This document shows, piece by piece, positions 25,178-38,198 of a stretch of 64,000 nucleotides of DNA. Each line of letters begins with the position of its first letter. Position 1 is the first letter of the stretch. The DNA is taken from assembly GCF_902459465.1 (NCBI RefSeq), contig NC_047079.1, positions 1,674,001-1,738,000 on the forward strand, given 5' to 3'. This stretch comes from Asterias rubens. Lineage: Eukaryota. The position numbers were made by a program, and so were the translations under genes. The notes under the pieces were generated by a model. It was not told where the DNA came from. It made no database searches and worked only from the letters and a program-made list of their open reading frames with translations.

Positions 25178-27148
25178 AATTGTTAAAATTAGTATTGAAG
25201 CAAAATTAAAACTTGGGAGGGGATTTTTTTTTTTAAAGAAACCTCATTTGCTAATCACGCCCTTATTTGTGCAACAATTTGATAATTTGTTTAATAAAAA
25301 CATAAACGCCAGTTGGGCAAAATCCTGAATTGTTTACAAGTTACCAGAAATAGAGGTCAAGTCTTATTCTAATTGAAGAACAATATTTTCCCAGCTCAGG
25401 AGTTTATGGCTTCCATCACACAACTTACTTTGTAGTTAAAAAACAGCAGATGAAATTGCCAACTGCAATTTCTTTTTAAAGCAGAAATTTCTTCTGACCC
25501 CCACCCACAACTACAAAACAAACCAACATGTTTGAAGACTAATTATTAAGTTTCTGTACCTTGTTTTTAAGGAACGGCAAACCTGACACAAAACAAAACC
25601 AAGCTCTTTGAGTCACTGATGTATAAATGACTCTCTTAAAAAACAACTAATGATATCGTCAAATCAAAAGTATCACATTCTTTCTGATAACGTTTCTAGC
25701 ATTCAAGAAATGTCCAGCTTTGAAATCCTTGAGACATGAAAACAAAACCCAATGCAGTGTTTGACGTCTGACGCATCATCTGCTCAGGAGGGAGCCGGTT
25801 GTTCATATCTGGAGGCAGTAGGGGGCAGGCTTGCTGGAAAATTAGATTGATCAAAATTATTACGTACTTCACGGTATGCAGCATTCAACGGTTACCGAAC
25901 ACCGCACTGGGATATCTAATGTCTTGTTGTGTTACAGGTAGCGACCTGTCAGTAGGAGACCAGCGCATGACCTTTTAAGGAGGTAAAGGTGAAAGGTCAA
26001 GGTGGAGTTTCTACTGAATCTATACTATTAAACTTGATGACAATATTTTACAGTATACATTGTACATGTAGGACATGTGTGATACATGTGTTGCATACTT
26101 GGATTCTACTATAGGGGGTAGCTCAATCTCAAAGTAAATAACTCTGTCATTTATGATTCTAAGGGAAAATTGTATCAATTGCTTTCATGATACAAGATCA
26201 TGACAAAGGTCCAAAGGAAGAGAAATAGGTTGGTCAAGGGCAGAAGCAAAATGTGATTTCTCAGGATTTTTTTCCCCCAGATTTTTAGGATTTCTTAAAG
26301 GCTCCTTAGACCAGGATGTAGAGCCTTCAAATTTTCTTGAAAGAAGTAAACAGTCATCTATGGGAGAAAGATATTTAGCCTCATAAGCTTCCTGACATGG
26401 AATATCTGGCAGGTTCTACAATGTACATTAGGTCTAGAATAAGGGGAACCCAAATCCCATCTTCACATTCATCAAACATCATACTGGGTGTTATTGCACT
26501 TGCAGTTTGTGCCATGCACATTGCAGTTCAAAAGTATTTTGCTGTATCATTTTCAGCCAGTGTTTGCATTCCCTGTATGGTTGACATGTACATGGACTAC
26601 AAGAAGTAAACGAGATGGTATATTTGTGTTGGAGCAAATTTCTTCCCAGGGGCAGGTGATTTGTAGTGCAACATTTTGCATTCAAATTAGCTTGGTGTAA
26701 TTAGAACTTACTGCTCTAGAATTACTTTGTCCTTGGCTCGGATGGAGTCTACCAATGGCTAGTCTGGTTCATTGCAATGCACAATATACACACAACATAG
26801 TCTGGAGATTAGTCCCTTAGTCTCCTTTAAAAGGTTAAAGAGTTTTGTTATGTTTCTTTTTAAAAATAGCATATCATTGTGACAGTGCAAAAATGTACAT
26901 ATTCTGAATTTTGCAACAAATTAATATCTCGCAGGAAGATGCTCTGTGCAAAAACGTTGTATCTCTGTGTCTACTTTTTTGTGCGTAAATCTGGACTATT
27001 TAAATTTTAGGCGAGATACAATGTTTGCAATGTAAGTGAAACAAAATACAACTAGTGATTTTGTTGCATTGTGTCGTGAAGTGGTTTGTGTTACGATGAG
27101 GACATATAGGGTGCTTGCTCTACTCTACTGAATGGAACAAGATTTACT

Positions 27149-27512
27149 TTAGGCCGAGTAAAACAAAAAACATGTTTCACGTCCGGGTTTTTCAAAAAAA
27201 GGAGGAAGAGGGGCTTTTTATTTTTTACTTTTTATTTCAAGATGGCCGCCATTCTTTGTTAAAATGTCAAATATCCATTGTTTTTTCTACTGCTGAAATA
27301 CACAAAACATAAATGAAACAATTTAGTCGAGGCATTCAGACAAGACATTCAGATTGTTTTTGCTGAGATCATTTAAAATAACCCTATTTAAAAAAAAAAA
27401 AAAAAAATAATGTGCAAAAAAAAATACAATAAAAAATAAAATAAAAAAGGAGGCGGCCTGTAAAAAGGAAGCGGGCGGGGATGCGAAACATGTTTTTTTT
27501 TACTTGGCCTTA
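27149..27512. mobile_element. MITE (TIR T.AGGCC.AGTAAAA...CATGTTTC)
   Basis: ~30 bp imperfect TIR; internal poly-A tracts. Confidence 0.7.
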
Positions 27513-27715
27513 AGTGTTCTGGTGAGTTTACCTTACACAGGAGCCATGTACCTGCTAAATCAACAGAATCTATCCCCAACGAATTTAAATTCACCTTGCT
27601 AAATACATTCAGTAGGATTTGAATCTTTGCATGGTGGGGTATAATCAGGTCATGGAGCAATTTTGCGTTAGCACCATGCAGTGGTGGTTCTGAGAATAAC
27701 CGATTGTTGACAGCT

Positions 27716-27756
27716 CAACGTTTCGATCAGTAAACTCTGATGGTCTTCAGCAGCTG
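27716..27756 (-). ncRNA. Minimal hammerhead-like motif within a Penelope-like element fragment
   Basis: Minus strand reads CAGCTG CTGAAGA C CATCAG AGTTTA CTGATC GAAA CGTT GAGCTG: CUGANGA and GAAA cores, ATCAG/CTGAT stem II, CAGCT/AGCTG stem I. Confidence 0.6.
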
Positions 27757-27867
27757 CTTTAAATAGTAGGTCTACTGCCAAGAAGAAAACTAAGTAAAAC
27801 TGCTAAATACAACAAAATCCAACACCTAAATCACTTGTCTGCTAAATGCAACAAAATACATCAAGAT

Positions 27868-28231
27868 ACAGGCCTGGCATGTTATTTTTGAAAGGGCAAG
27901 GCCACTTTCTTTCATTTTGCATTTAAGGCACTTTCATTGGAAAATCTTAAAGTCAATTGGAAACTTTTATAGGGGCACCAAGGCCAAGACCACATTCAGG
28001 TTCAGGTTCAGGTTTATTTCCATACCAATTGTACATGTACAATGTAAGGGACAAATAATTATAGAACCGAATAACAGTATGGGGAGGTCGCAGACAGGAA
28101 GCCTAGGCTTGTACAGGGTCTGGCCTCTTTAAGTAGAATACATGTACATACAAAATATATAAATAATAAGTAACGATCATGAGGCCATTGCCTCCGTTGC
28201 CTTCGTGTCTTCCGTGTGAGTCTAGGCCTGA
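27868..28231. mobile_element. CAGGCC-ended MITE (family H) interrupted by a retroelement 3' tail at ~28005-28175
   Basis: Halves match the copy at ~58765-58940. The insert has AATAAA-like + (CCTGAA)3 tail on the minus strand. Confidence 0.55.
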
Positions 28232-28428
28232 AGGTTTGGGAGTTGAGTTAACGGCCAAATGCAACCAACAACAACACCTTTTACCAACTGGTACTTACAT
28301 TCTGTTGCATTGAGCAGGGTGATTGACTTTTGAACATAATTATTTGTTGGTTGACCTATATTGCAAATTGCTTTGTGAAGTAATAACCAATTTTTGTCAT
28401 CATTGTTTCTATATTTTTGATTTTACAG

Positions 28429-28509
28429 TATGTAGGATCGTTCTCAGTGGCTCACCTACAGCCGAATAATAGAGCAGAGTTTGTACGGCTTCAGTTACAG
28501 TCCCTCCAG
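28429..28509 (+). CDS. SH2D5: SH2D5-like exon 2, PTB domain start (YVGSFSVAHLQPNNRAEFVRLQLQSLQ)
   Basis: ttttacag| acceptor, CAG|gtaatc donor, 81 nt, phase 0-0. YVGSF motif as recalled from the SH2D5 PTB domain. Not in the ORF track. Confidence 0.88.
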
Positions 28510-28567
28510 GTAATCTACATAGTCTCTATTTTGTCAAAATTAATCGGATAAAAAAGTCTTACTCTAC

Positions 28568-29063
28568 CGTCTAACCCCAGAGTGAAACCCTAGGGTCTAA
28601 CCCCTCGGTTTAACCTTAAGGTCTAACCACATGGTCTTACTCCAGGGTCTAACAACCAGAGTCAAACCCCATGGTCTAACCCAAGGGTCTTACTCCAGGG
28701 TCTTACCCCAGGGTCTAACCCCAGGTCTAACCGTAAGGTCCAACCCCATGGTATAACTCGTGGGTCTAACCCCAGGGTCTAACCCCTGGGGACCCAGGGT
28801 TTCACCCAACAGTCAAACCCAGGGTTAAACCTCATGGTCTAATGCCAGGGTCTAACCTTAAGGTATAATCCCATGGTCTAACTCCAGTACTAGCCCTAGG
28901 GTCTAACCCCTGGGTCTAACCCCAGAGTATAACCCATTGGTCTAACCCCAGGGTTTCATCCAACAGTCTAACCCAGGGTCTAACCTCAGGGTCTAAAACC
29001 CCAGGGGTCTAATCCCAGCTTCTAACCCCAGGGTCTATCAAAGGGTTTCCCCCTGAAACCCCA
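28568..29063. repeat. Degenerate 14-bp minisatellite (CAGGGTCTAACCCC)n just after the exon 2 donor
   Basis: Continuous GGTCTAACC periodicity of ~14 bp over ~500 bp. Confidence 0.9.
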
Positions 29064-29540
29064 ATCTTAATGCTCAATATTCTTGAGTGTTATCGTTACC
29101 CACTCAACCCTAGAATTTTATACATGTTTTAACACATATTCAAGGTTTGAGACGCAATGAGCGATGAAAACATGTTGCCATTCCCAGTGCTTGATGAGTG
29201 TTTTGATTTGTGTGTGTTTCTGTGGCCGATACTTAATGGACCAGTACTTGTGAAATATTGCGTATGCTACGGCAATAAATTAGCTTGAATTATGACTACA
29301 GACAGATCACAAATTACTGCAGAGTCATTGCAAAACATTTTTATCGGAAAGTCAAGAACAACAAGCTATTTGTGAGTTACAGTTGAATAATGTCTAGTAC
29401 AATGATGGCTTAAAATTAAATTCCTCAGATTGGTTGAGGGAAAAGCTTTTGCATAGACAGCGAATGCCCATAGACGATTCTGAATGACTGGTATGGCACA
29501 ATGCTTAGGCTTTGTACAACAAGACCCAATTTCATAGAGC

Positions 29541-29908
29541 TGGACACTAGTGGTAATTGTCAAAGACCAGTCAACTGCAGTCTTCTCACTTGGTGTATCT
29601 CAACATATGCATCAAATAACAAACCTGTGAAAATTGGTCAGTGAAGTTGTGCGAGAATAGTGGAAGAAAAAGGTCCCTTGTTGCACAAGTCGTGTGCTTT
29701 CAGATGCTTCATTTCAAGCAAATCTCGAATTCAAATTCAAAAATTTTAGTGAGAAATTACTTCTTTCTCAAAAACTACGTTACTTCAGAGGGAACTGTTT
29801 CTCACAATAATTTGTACTATCAACAGCTCTCCACTACTCATTACCAAGTAAGGTTTTAATGCTAATAATTATGTTGAGTAATTACCAATAGTGTCCACAG
29901 TGCCTTTA
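29541..29908. mobile_element. MITE family A upstream of exon 3
   Basis: Shared termini and body; ends 107 bp before the exon 3 acceptor. Confidence 0.8.
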
Positions 29909-30014
29909 AGCACCAAACTGATCTCACTGATGTCTCACTTTTGGGCCAGTTTTTACTCAACTGTCGTTGTTTCATTTCCATTCATACCTTTTAATAACGT
30001 TTTCCCCCTTGTAG

Positions 30015-30092
30015 GATCCCAAGAGGTCTCGTCCAGTGGCACTGTTCATTTCCCTGGCAGGAATCAAGGTGTTTGATCCTGACAACCAACAG
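30015..30092 (+). CDS. SH2D5: SH2D5-like exon 3 (DPKRSRPVALFISLAGIKVFDPDNQQ)
   Basis: ttccccttgtag-type acceptor, CAG|gtacag donor, 78 nt, phase 0-0. Typical PTB beta-strand pattern (ISLxGIKV). Confidence 0.9.
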
Positions 30093-30119
30093 GTACAGTA
30101 AACATAATTATACCTCGGT

Positions 30120-30459
30120 GCAGTGGACACTTCTGGTATATGTCAAAGACCAGTAATTCTTACTTGGTATATCCCAACACATGCATAAAATAATAAATCT
30201 GTGAAAATTTGGACTCAATTTGTCATCAAAGTTGCAAGACAATTATGAAAGAAAAACACCCTTGTCGTAAAAGGCTTCAGGCCTGAAGTCTTTTAATATT
30301 TGAGTGAGAAATTACTTCTTTCTCAAAACTACATTACTTAGAGGGAGCCGTTTCTCACAATGTTTTATACTATCAACAGCTCTCCATTGCTTCAATACAA
30401 AGTACGTTTTTATGCTAACAATTTTTTGGGAGTAATTACCAATAGTGTCCAGTGCCTTT
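30120..30459. mobile_element. MITE family A downstream of exon 3
   Basis: Same orientation as the 29541 copy; starts 27 bp after the exon 3 donor. Confidence 0.8.
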
Positions 30460-30793
30460 CACATTAGGTTTGAGCATTTTTCGCTCAGTGGTACTGCATT
30501 GGTTATGTTAGCAAAGTTGTAAGAACAAGTTTACTACTATTTTTTCTTATGAACTACACCATGCGAAGCTTCAAGCCTCACTTAAGGGTTCTCACTTTAA
30601 GTACCACATTCAGCTAAATGAATGTTTTTATTGTGCATTAAACAAACATTGGTTGCTTGGCTGCCTGATAGAATTGGACCCAAGTGGCTGCAGAAGCTTT
30701 GACCTAAAAGACTTGACCTAAATCTGGCAGACCTAAGGGATCACCATGAAAGCAATTCCTGCCTAAGAACACATCGTTCACACTGGTACTTAA

Positions 30794-31342
30794 TAAGGGA
30801 ATCAATGTGTGGTGAAGAGGTTTTCAACTAGTGGTTTTAACCCGCCGAGGCCTGGTTCTTGGTAGTTTTACCGAGACGAAGTCGAGGTTTATTTTTAAGA
30901 ATCAAGCCTCGCCGGGTTTAAACCACTAGTTGAAAACCGATTCAACACACTTTGATTCCCATTCTTAAATACCTTTTCGGTCAAAAAACATCAACACTTT
31001 TTGGTCAAAAAGTAAAATAAATGCAAAAATTATAATTGTTCAATGAATTCTTTCAACACAACACCAGCTATGAAATGGTAGGGCCCTCGGGTAAACAACT
31101 CCTTATATTATAAGGAGATTGCTGTGCGCGTTGCGCGTATTGCGTGATTTGGCACAACTGTTCCAGCTGTTGCTCTCGACCAATAGGAATGAAGAAACTG
31201 TTTTATAAGCACAGGTGCAAGCTCGCGTGTCACGCCCATGTTTCAACACTTTTTACTGGTGTTATATCATCTGTTCAAACACCCTAACGTGATGCCCTCT
31301 CGACCAATCAGATTGGATAAACTGTCTTAGGTATTTAAGAAT
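30794..31342 (+). mobile_element. Non-autonomous hairpin-terminal element, family D (Crypton-like layout)
   Basis: ~165 bp left foldback centred on CCGA-GAC-GAA-GTC-GAGG. The internal 14-mer ATTCTTAAATACCT (30961) is the exact inverse of the right end AGGTATTTAAGAAT (31329). A second copy lies at 52522-52873. Confidence 0.75.
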
Positions 31343-32289
31343 ACTAAATAAAACAACATTCAGCATTTGCAGCTCATTCATGCTACCGAAAACCCACCCT
31401 TAACAAATTTGTAAATTCCCTCTGGTGGAAAAACGGATTAGGATTTTAGAGATTCATTTGAAAGGGTTTGCTATTGGATGGTGGGGTTATACCACAATAT
31501 GAAGGCTGGTTGTTACAGTGTTATAAATAATGGCAAAATCTAGCAAGCCTGACCACTTTGAGATTCTTTGGCTGGTCCTCAGGCTTGTTTGAACTGGTGT
31601 TTGGCCAGGGGACCACTGTTATGGGAGAACGCTGGCAAGTTTTTAAGAATGTTTCAAATTATTGTTTGTTCGCGTAATTTTAAGGGGAACAACACCCACA
31701 AATTTGGATAATGATTCATGTACGTGTAAGAATGTTGCAAATTATTGCTTCATATGCAAAAAAAAACAAAAAAAAAACAAAAAAAAAAATCCATAAATAA
31801 TTATTTACACACACACACTTACGTATGTACATGTATGCCCAGTTCAATCTGGTTTCACTGGAACACTTCAGTAACATACATTGTACCATGTACAATGTTT
31901 TCTTTTGAAGCATTGTATCAAAGAGTACAAAGTCTACTGATAAGTTTCATTTCAGGAAAGTCATTCTCAGCAGTGAGTCATCCAGTTGTAAACATTTAAA
32001 CAGTTTCTGCAACCCACTTGTGGAAGGGCCATGACTTGGGGTCCAAAAGTACTTGTTTTTGTAATATGATACTGTGTTGAGTGAAGCAGATTTATTTTAG
32101 AGATCTGCGGATGTCATTATAGGCAAGTTGAGCAAGGAATTTAAAGTGAGATGTTTACAGCATGTGTAGAATAATTCCAATATTATCAAGCACAAGTAAG
32201 TATTCAAATGATAACTTGCTGGTGTTTAAACATCCCCTGAGAATTGTTTTTGCTTGTTCTGAAAAGATATTATGAATTCAAACAGATAA

Positions 32290-32688
32290 TAATAATAATA
32301 TTGAATGAAGTCTTATATATAGCGCACGTATCTACGAAACAAGGTACTCAAGGCGCTGAAAGATAGGTAATTGCAGTGATGAACTTTGAGACCCAATTAT
32401 TTAGCACCTTAAAAGGGTTTACAAGGTGCTACGGCGCATACAGCAGCCATAGCCAGGAACACCGGGGCGAACCCCTTCTCTTTTCGAAAAGTGCACTGGG
32501 TTCTTTTACATGCGTTACACAACACATGGGACCAACGGCTTTACGCCCCATTCGAAGGACAAAGCATTATGGTTAATTGCTTGCTTAAGGACACAAGTGT
32601 AACGGCTGGGGATTCGAACCCACACTCTGCTGATCAGAAACACCAGAGTTTGAACTCGGTGCTCTTAACCACTTGGCCACGACACTTC
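32290..32688 (-). mobile_element. tRNA-derived SINE family F with central domain resembling the Meta-SINE domain
   Basis: Minus strand: A-box-like GTGGCCAAGTGG, B-box GGTTCGAATCC, central GTAAAAGAACCCAGTGCAC..AGAGAAGGGGTTCGCCCCGG, (ATT)n tail. Truncated copies at ~40310-40570 (-) and ~8395-8630 (+). The Meta-domain assignment is from memory. Confidence 0.75.
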
Positions 32689-35654
32689 CAGATCAATGAA
32701 TGTTGCGAGATGCTACATCGGTTTGATGACATTCGTCGAGAACAGGGTGGAACATGTGAAGGTTGTCATCTCCCACCCGGCTTGAAGGTTGAAATGTCTG
32801 GAAGAATTGTTTTCAACCATTTTATTAAACACTGGTTACTGTATACCTACATGTATGCATGCCTGATGCTTTACCAATGCAATAGAGGCCCTCAGCATGC
32901 ACTAGTCTGTACCTTGGTGCCCTTGAACTATTCTAATAGAAACTCTGCATTTTCCTTTTAAAGGTGCTCGTTACTGACTAACAATTGCTTTGCCCTTTTT
33001 CAAGAAGTAGCAGTCCACAGTTTTAATTTTTTTTAACTTAGGGTCAGCATAGCAAAAATAAATTCACAGGTTAGCAAGAAAAAGAGGCTTGTGGTCGTAC
33101 TACTTTCTACTGTTGGGGTACGCAATTTGCGCTAACGTTGTGCAATGCACTACCTTTTGCAGATTAATTTGATGCTAACACTGAAAAATCAGCAATGAAG
33201 GTTGTTAGAACAGAATGCTTCAGGAAGCAATGCAATTGAAATTGCCTGTGACATGTACCCATTTTGATAGTTAATTAATGATAAATTTGATGATTTAAAT
33301 GTCAAATTGAGTTTTTGAATGCACTAATTTTCCAATAGATAAAGTTTCTCATGAAAGCGGGGATTAATTACAAGTCTCATTAAAAAAGTGTAAAAATGTC
33401 ATTTTCGACGGTGATAAGGCCAACGTCAATGGCAATTTGATTGATCACCATCAACATTCAGGAATGAACTGAGAATTCTCTCTACAATATTGTACCGACC
33501 ATCTGTTTAAAATAGTGATGATGCCTATGCATGTATATGAACCTTCTTCTAGGAAACACGGTCGTCTTTATTGGTCTAGTTGTTAAGATTTATATTACAT
33601 CTGTAAAACCAGTAGAGGGGAACACTACAGTGGATTCTACCCACATGATTTAGTCTCGGAGAACGTGACCCACATGATTTAGTCTCGGAGAACGTGACGC
33701 AGCCGAGCAGTCCATCATGGACTCATTCTGAAATGTTTCTGATCAGGGCAACAGAGGCCGTGTACTTCCAGGCTTGTGGTTGTTCAGGCTCTAGAGTAGA
33801 ACGCAGAAGCTACAACCATGTACACCCGTTGGTCTCAGTAGGCCTACACTGTGGATGATTGAGGACACCGGCTCAAGTTATGATTCTGCATAATCCAACC
33901 TATGGACCTGTGATTTTTTTCTCTGGTTTGTAGGACCATGGAGGCCATGGTAGGACTGAAAAATACTGACATTTGAATTAGGGTGGGAATGGCATGGTGG
34001 TGGTGAAGTCTGCTGTTCATGTTGGCTTGTTGTTTGAAAGGCATTCACATTGGTTTCTGTGTGGGGTAATACCACGTTATAGAACAAGCAACAATTGTGT
34101 AGTCTTCTTTAGTTGTTATGGATAACATTGGTGTGAACTTTTCAACTAGCCTGATCTAGTCATCATCGGGAGACACACTAATTAAAACTCTTTTAAAATT
34201 TTGTTATTCTGTTATTTCTAAAAGCTGTTGAATTATCATTACACATGACATGCACACTTCCTGAAAACATTTCACTACCACCAATGTGGTGATAATGTTT
34301 ATTATGTCAATCTTTCCTATGGTACAAACTGGACAATCCAATTTGCAGGAATACATCATGTGTCAATGCTACACGTCATAGAAGTCAGACATTTTGGCAC
34401 TTCATTATCGCGGGTCTGTTAAAAGAATTGAGTGTCTGATGTTGTAAGTCTCTTTTTAAAGGGATGATGCTGGTTTTTGTTGGAAGAGCAAATTCATTCT
34501 TCACCACCAGAAATAATGTTATCGAGGGATGTAACATTTTTCTTTTTATTAGTATATTTTTATTTGATGTGAACAATGAAAATTCAAAATTGACTAGAGT
34601 GGGATTTGAACCAATGACCTCTCAACCTCACGTTTAATGTGCCAGCAGTCTACATACCAAGAAACATGTATGTATCGCGCCCTATACGTTAAAGGTCTCC
34701 CAATATCAATATCAATATCTTTGTTAGAGGGGCCTGGTCAGAAGACATACAACTGTGTAGCTAGGAATCACATTTCACACCCAAGTTTACAAAGCGGCAG
34801 CCAGGAGATCACTTTAACAGGGGATGCATTTTTTTTAATTTCAACTATCAAATCAGACGCCACAAGGGAAACATTAAAGATTTAAGTTTTAGTCGGCCTG
34901 CATTTAAACCATGTTTTGGACCTGTACTGTCACCTGTGCCATTGGCTCTCCTCCCGAAACCATTTAAACTCCTTAGCAGTATGCAGCACCTGCAAACAAG
35001 TTGGCATGAATGTAAAGCTATTATGACACAGCAATCCCTATACTCAAAGGGTTTTGCAGTATCGCGTCTACATGTACATGAAATATGTACTTGTGTATCA
35101 GGGAACAAACTATTTCATTGGAAATGGAGCTCATTTTGCTAAAGGATAGCCATTTGCCAAGAATTTGGAAGAAGTTCCGAGGGAGAAAGGGGCAAAGTGC
35201 CAGATAGGGAAGGGGATAGTACTACCTGTTCCAAAACCACCCTGGATTCTAAGCTTTCTAACTGTGGCTTACCGCAACTTCTTATAAGACAATATGCACT
35301 TGAGTAATTCCCATTTTTGGTACCTCTTTCCAAGAGGCCCAAAGAAAACTTTTGGAGAAATGTCAGATTTTATTGGGCTTGGCAGCTGGAGTCATTCCGT
35401 TCAGGGAACGGTTTTGTATTATGCATGCGAGGATTGGTTTTTGTAACTGGAAACCTTTAGCTTCAATCACATTTGTCTGGGCATTTTTGGATGGAGTGAA
35501 TGTCAGAATTTATTGATGTTGTGCAAAACATGCCATGTCAAACCTTGGTACGGTCTCTAAATCATAGTCTTTTTCACTGTATGGAAAAGAAGGAAAAATG
35601 CAATGAGCATAAATTTTGTAATAAAGGCACTAAATTTCTGTTATCATTATAGAT

Positions 35655-35880
35655 TAATTGGTGGTTAACTTGTGCGGTTGGGTTGGTGAGGTATGTTTTG
35701 GCTCCTTTCACATCTGGGACGCGCTTTGAATCCCACTCGGGGCACTATGTTTTCAGTCCCTACCTGATTGTGTGGGTTTTCCCTGGCATAATTCTCTTGG
35801 GTTTTCCTCCCACATCTAGAACTAAAACTTCCTTCCTTGTCTTCTCTCCATGGGGCTCTTGGCTAGTACAGTGATTAAGT
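35655..35880 (+). mobile_element. Decayed tRNA-SINE with GGGTTTT...TTTCCTCCCACAT core
   Basis: Degenerate B-box TTTGAATCCC and core motif; inverse copy at ~62165-62340. Confidence 0.55.
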
Positions 35881-37781
35881 TTGCTTTTCTGAGAGTGCTT
35901 AGCTTCACAACCAGAATAAATGAAGTGGATGAAATGACAACATTGTGGTGTGGCTGGATGTGTTATTCTTAACAGTGGTGTGTCCTTGGTTTTGATAAAG
36001 CATTGGTTTTTGGAATCTGAGTAAATTAATTCCAATCCTCTAGTTTCCCCCTGTATAATAAACTGAAGGAGGAGGTAAACAATTCAAATTGATAATTGAA
36101 GCAAAACTTTACACAGATTTGCAAACTGACAAACTGATACGGTGCTCACACTAATGAATGATAATTCCATCTACACGTCCAAATAATGAGATTTTGAAAA
36201 TGTCATCAGGCAGTTAAGTTTTCAAGTTTTGGAGTTAAACAAAAATCAGAGCCTGTTTTCAAGGCACTGATCGTTACCTTGGAATTCTGCACTCATGGCT
36301 TAAATATTCCAATGCTTTGCAGGGCCCTTTAAGTGCAGAATTCTTTGGCAAGCTGTGCCATGAAAATGGGCTCAGGGCCCAATTTCTTAGAGCTACTAAA
36401 AATCAGCGAATAGTGGAATATGGAATGGTATTTTGGCTGGTAACCTTATTCTAGTAGGCACAATTTTGTTGTGCTTTTATCTACTTTTTACAAGCAGCTC
36501 TGTGAAATTGGGTCCAGGTAGCAGCGCACATGTGTCTCTACCACTTAGATCATGTCTCTATACCACAAAGTTCAAATCTCTCCTCAAAACTTATCTCATG
36601 TGATGTCACAGGTTTTCAAGGACTAATTTGGTTGTGTCTGTTTTCTTTGTGTACATTTACAAGTTGGTTTCACTGCGCCTTGAACACCCAGCAAGGTGTA
36701 CACTTAATTTGTTTGATTATTTTTGTTCAAATTGTAATTAGGCGTCACTTTTCTTTTCGTTATCAGACGTTAGAGTTTCGTTAGAGTTTCATAACTCATC
36801 AAAACCATTTTAATTTGAATGGGGCATCAACTGCTTGACCACACTCTCTGTCAAGCAAGTTATGTATTTTGTAAATTTTCCTGTTATACATGCATGTGAT
36901 CTGCAGTTAGTGTATTTTTGTATGTAGAATATTTACGTACAAAGCATAATCACCATGATCGGCAGCATATTGCCCACTGCACCTTGTAAATCATTACATG
37001 GTGCTTTAATTAATAGGAATAGGTCTTATACTTCAAAACGTAGCGCCACATACCTTGCAGGAAAAATACTGAGCGCTTTGATCCGGCCCTTAGGGGTGTG
37101 ATAAAGCGCTTTGTATAAGAACCTAGTATTATTATTATCATTATAAACATCTCTTTTGTAATGTTGAACATTTGATAGCCTGATTTTTATGTTATTAATG
37201 CTTCCCTTGGGAATAAGCGTTGCTAATTGCTGACATTTTGCTGTCAACAGTTTCATGATTTACGTCCGGATTTTATGGTCTGAAACAAACTGGGCGCCAG
37301 TTTTGCTGTTTCGTTGATAGAGATATGTTTCAATCTCTCAGTGGAGCATTCAGTAAATGAAGATTGAAGTTTCCAGTACGTTAATTTAGCGGCCATTTCT
37401 ACTGGATGGACAGGGAAACTGTGCCCCAATTTCGTGGCTCCAGTTACACAGTAAGCAAAGAATCAGCACTTATGGAAGCAGTGAATTCTGCTTACGTGTA
37501 TGTCAAGCGTATTTCACACAGGTTAGTAGGGAATAGGGAATGTCTGCCACATGCGTGTGCATAGTCCCTGTTACTTGACATTCTTGGCTTACACAGCTAG
37601 CGTAGAAATTCAGCACTTGCTCTGTAAGGGAAAAAATGGTGATCACAATCTCAGAATTGAGTGGTAAGCAGAGCCATGAAACTGGGCACTGTAACCCCAA
37701 AGACAGGCACTGGTTATACAAACCCCAAAGTATCATTAAATACTCATTATACAGAACAAACATTTAACTAGGGTTTGCCCT

Positions 37782-38198
37782 TAAAGGAACACGTTGCCTT
37801 GGATCGGTCGAGTTGGTCTCTGAAAAGCGTTCTGTAACTGTTTGTTATCAAATCGATATGGTTAGAAAGATGTTGTAAAAGTAGAATATAATGATCCACA
37901 CAAGTATCACTCAAAATTGCACGGTTTTCCTTTTACGTCGCGAACTAACACGGTCGGCCATTTATGGGAGTCAAATCACGGTCGGCCATTTATGGGAGTC
38001 AAATTTTTGACTCCCATAAATGGCCGACCGTGTTAGTTCGCGACGTAAAAGGAAAACCGTGCAATTTTGAGTGATACTTGTGTGGATCATTATATTCTAC
38101 TTTTAAAACATCTTTCTTACCATATGCATTTCATAATAAACGGTTTCAAACCCTTTTTATAGACCAACTCGTCCGATCCAAGGCAACGTGTTCCTTTA
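37782..38198. mobile_element. Foldback MITE family B, symmetric variant with 28-bp internal duplication
   Basis: Same TIR; CACGGTCGGCCATTTATGGGAGTCAAA duplicated at ~37949 and ~37977. Confidence 0.9.

Noticed and set aside
25918-25978. Short ORF MSCCVTGSDLSVGDQRMTF or an extra exon after gttacag
   Set aside because: Stops occur in all three frames within ~40 nt after the AG, and no donor gives the phase needed for exon 2.
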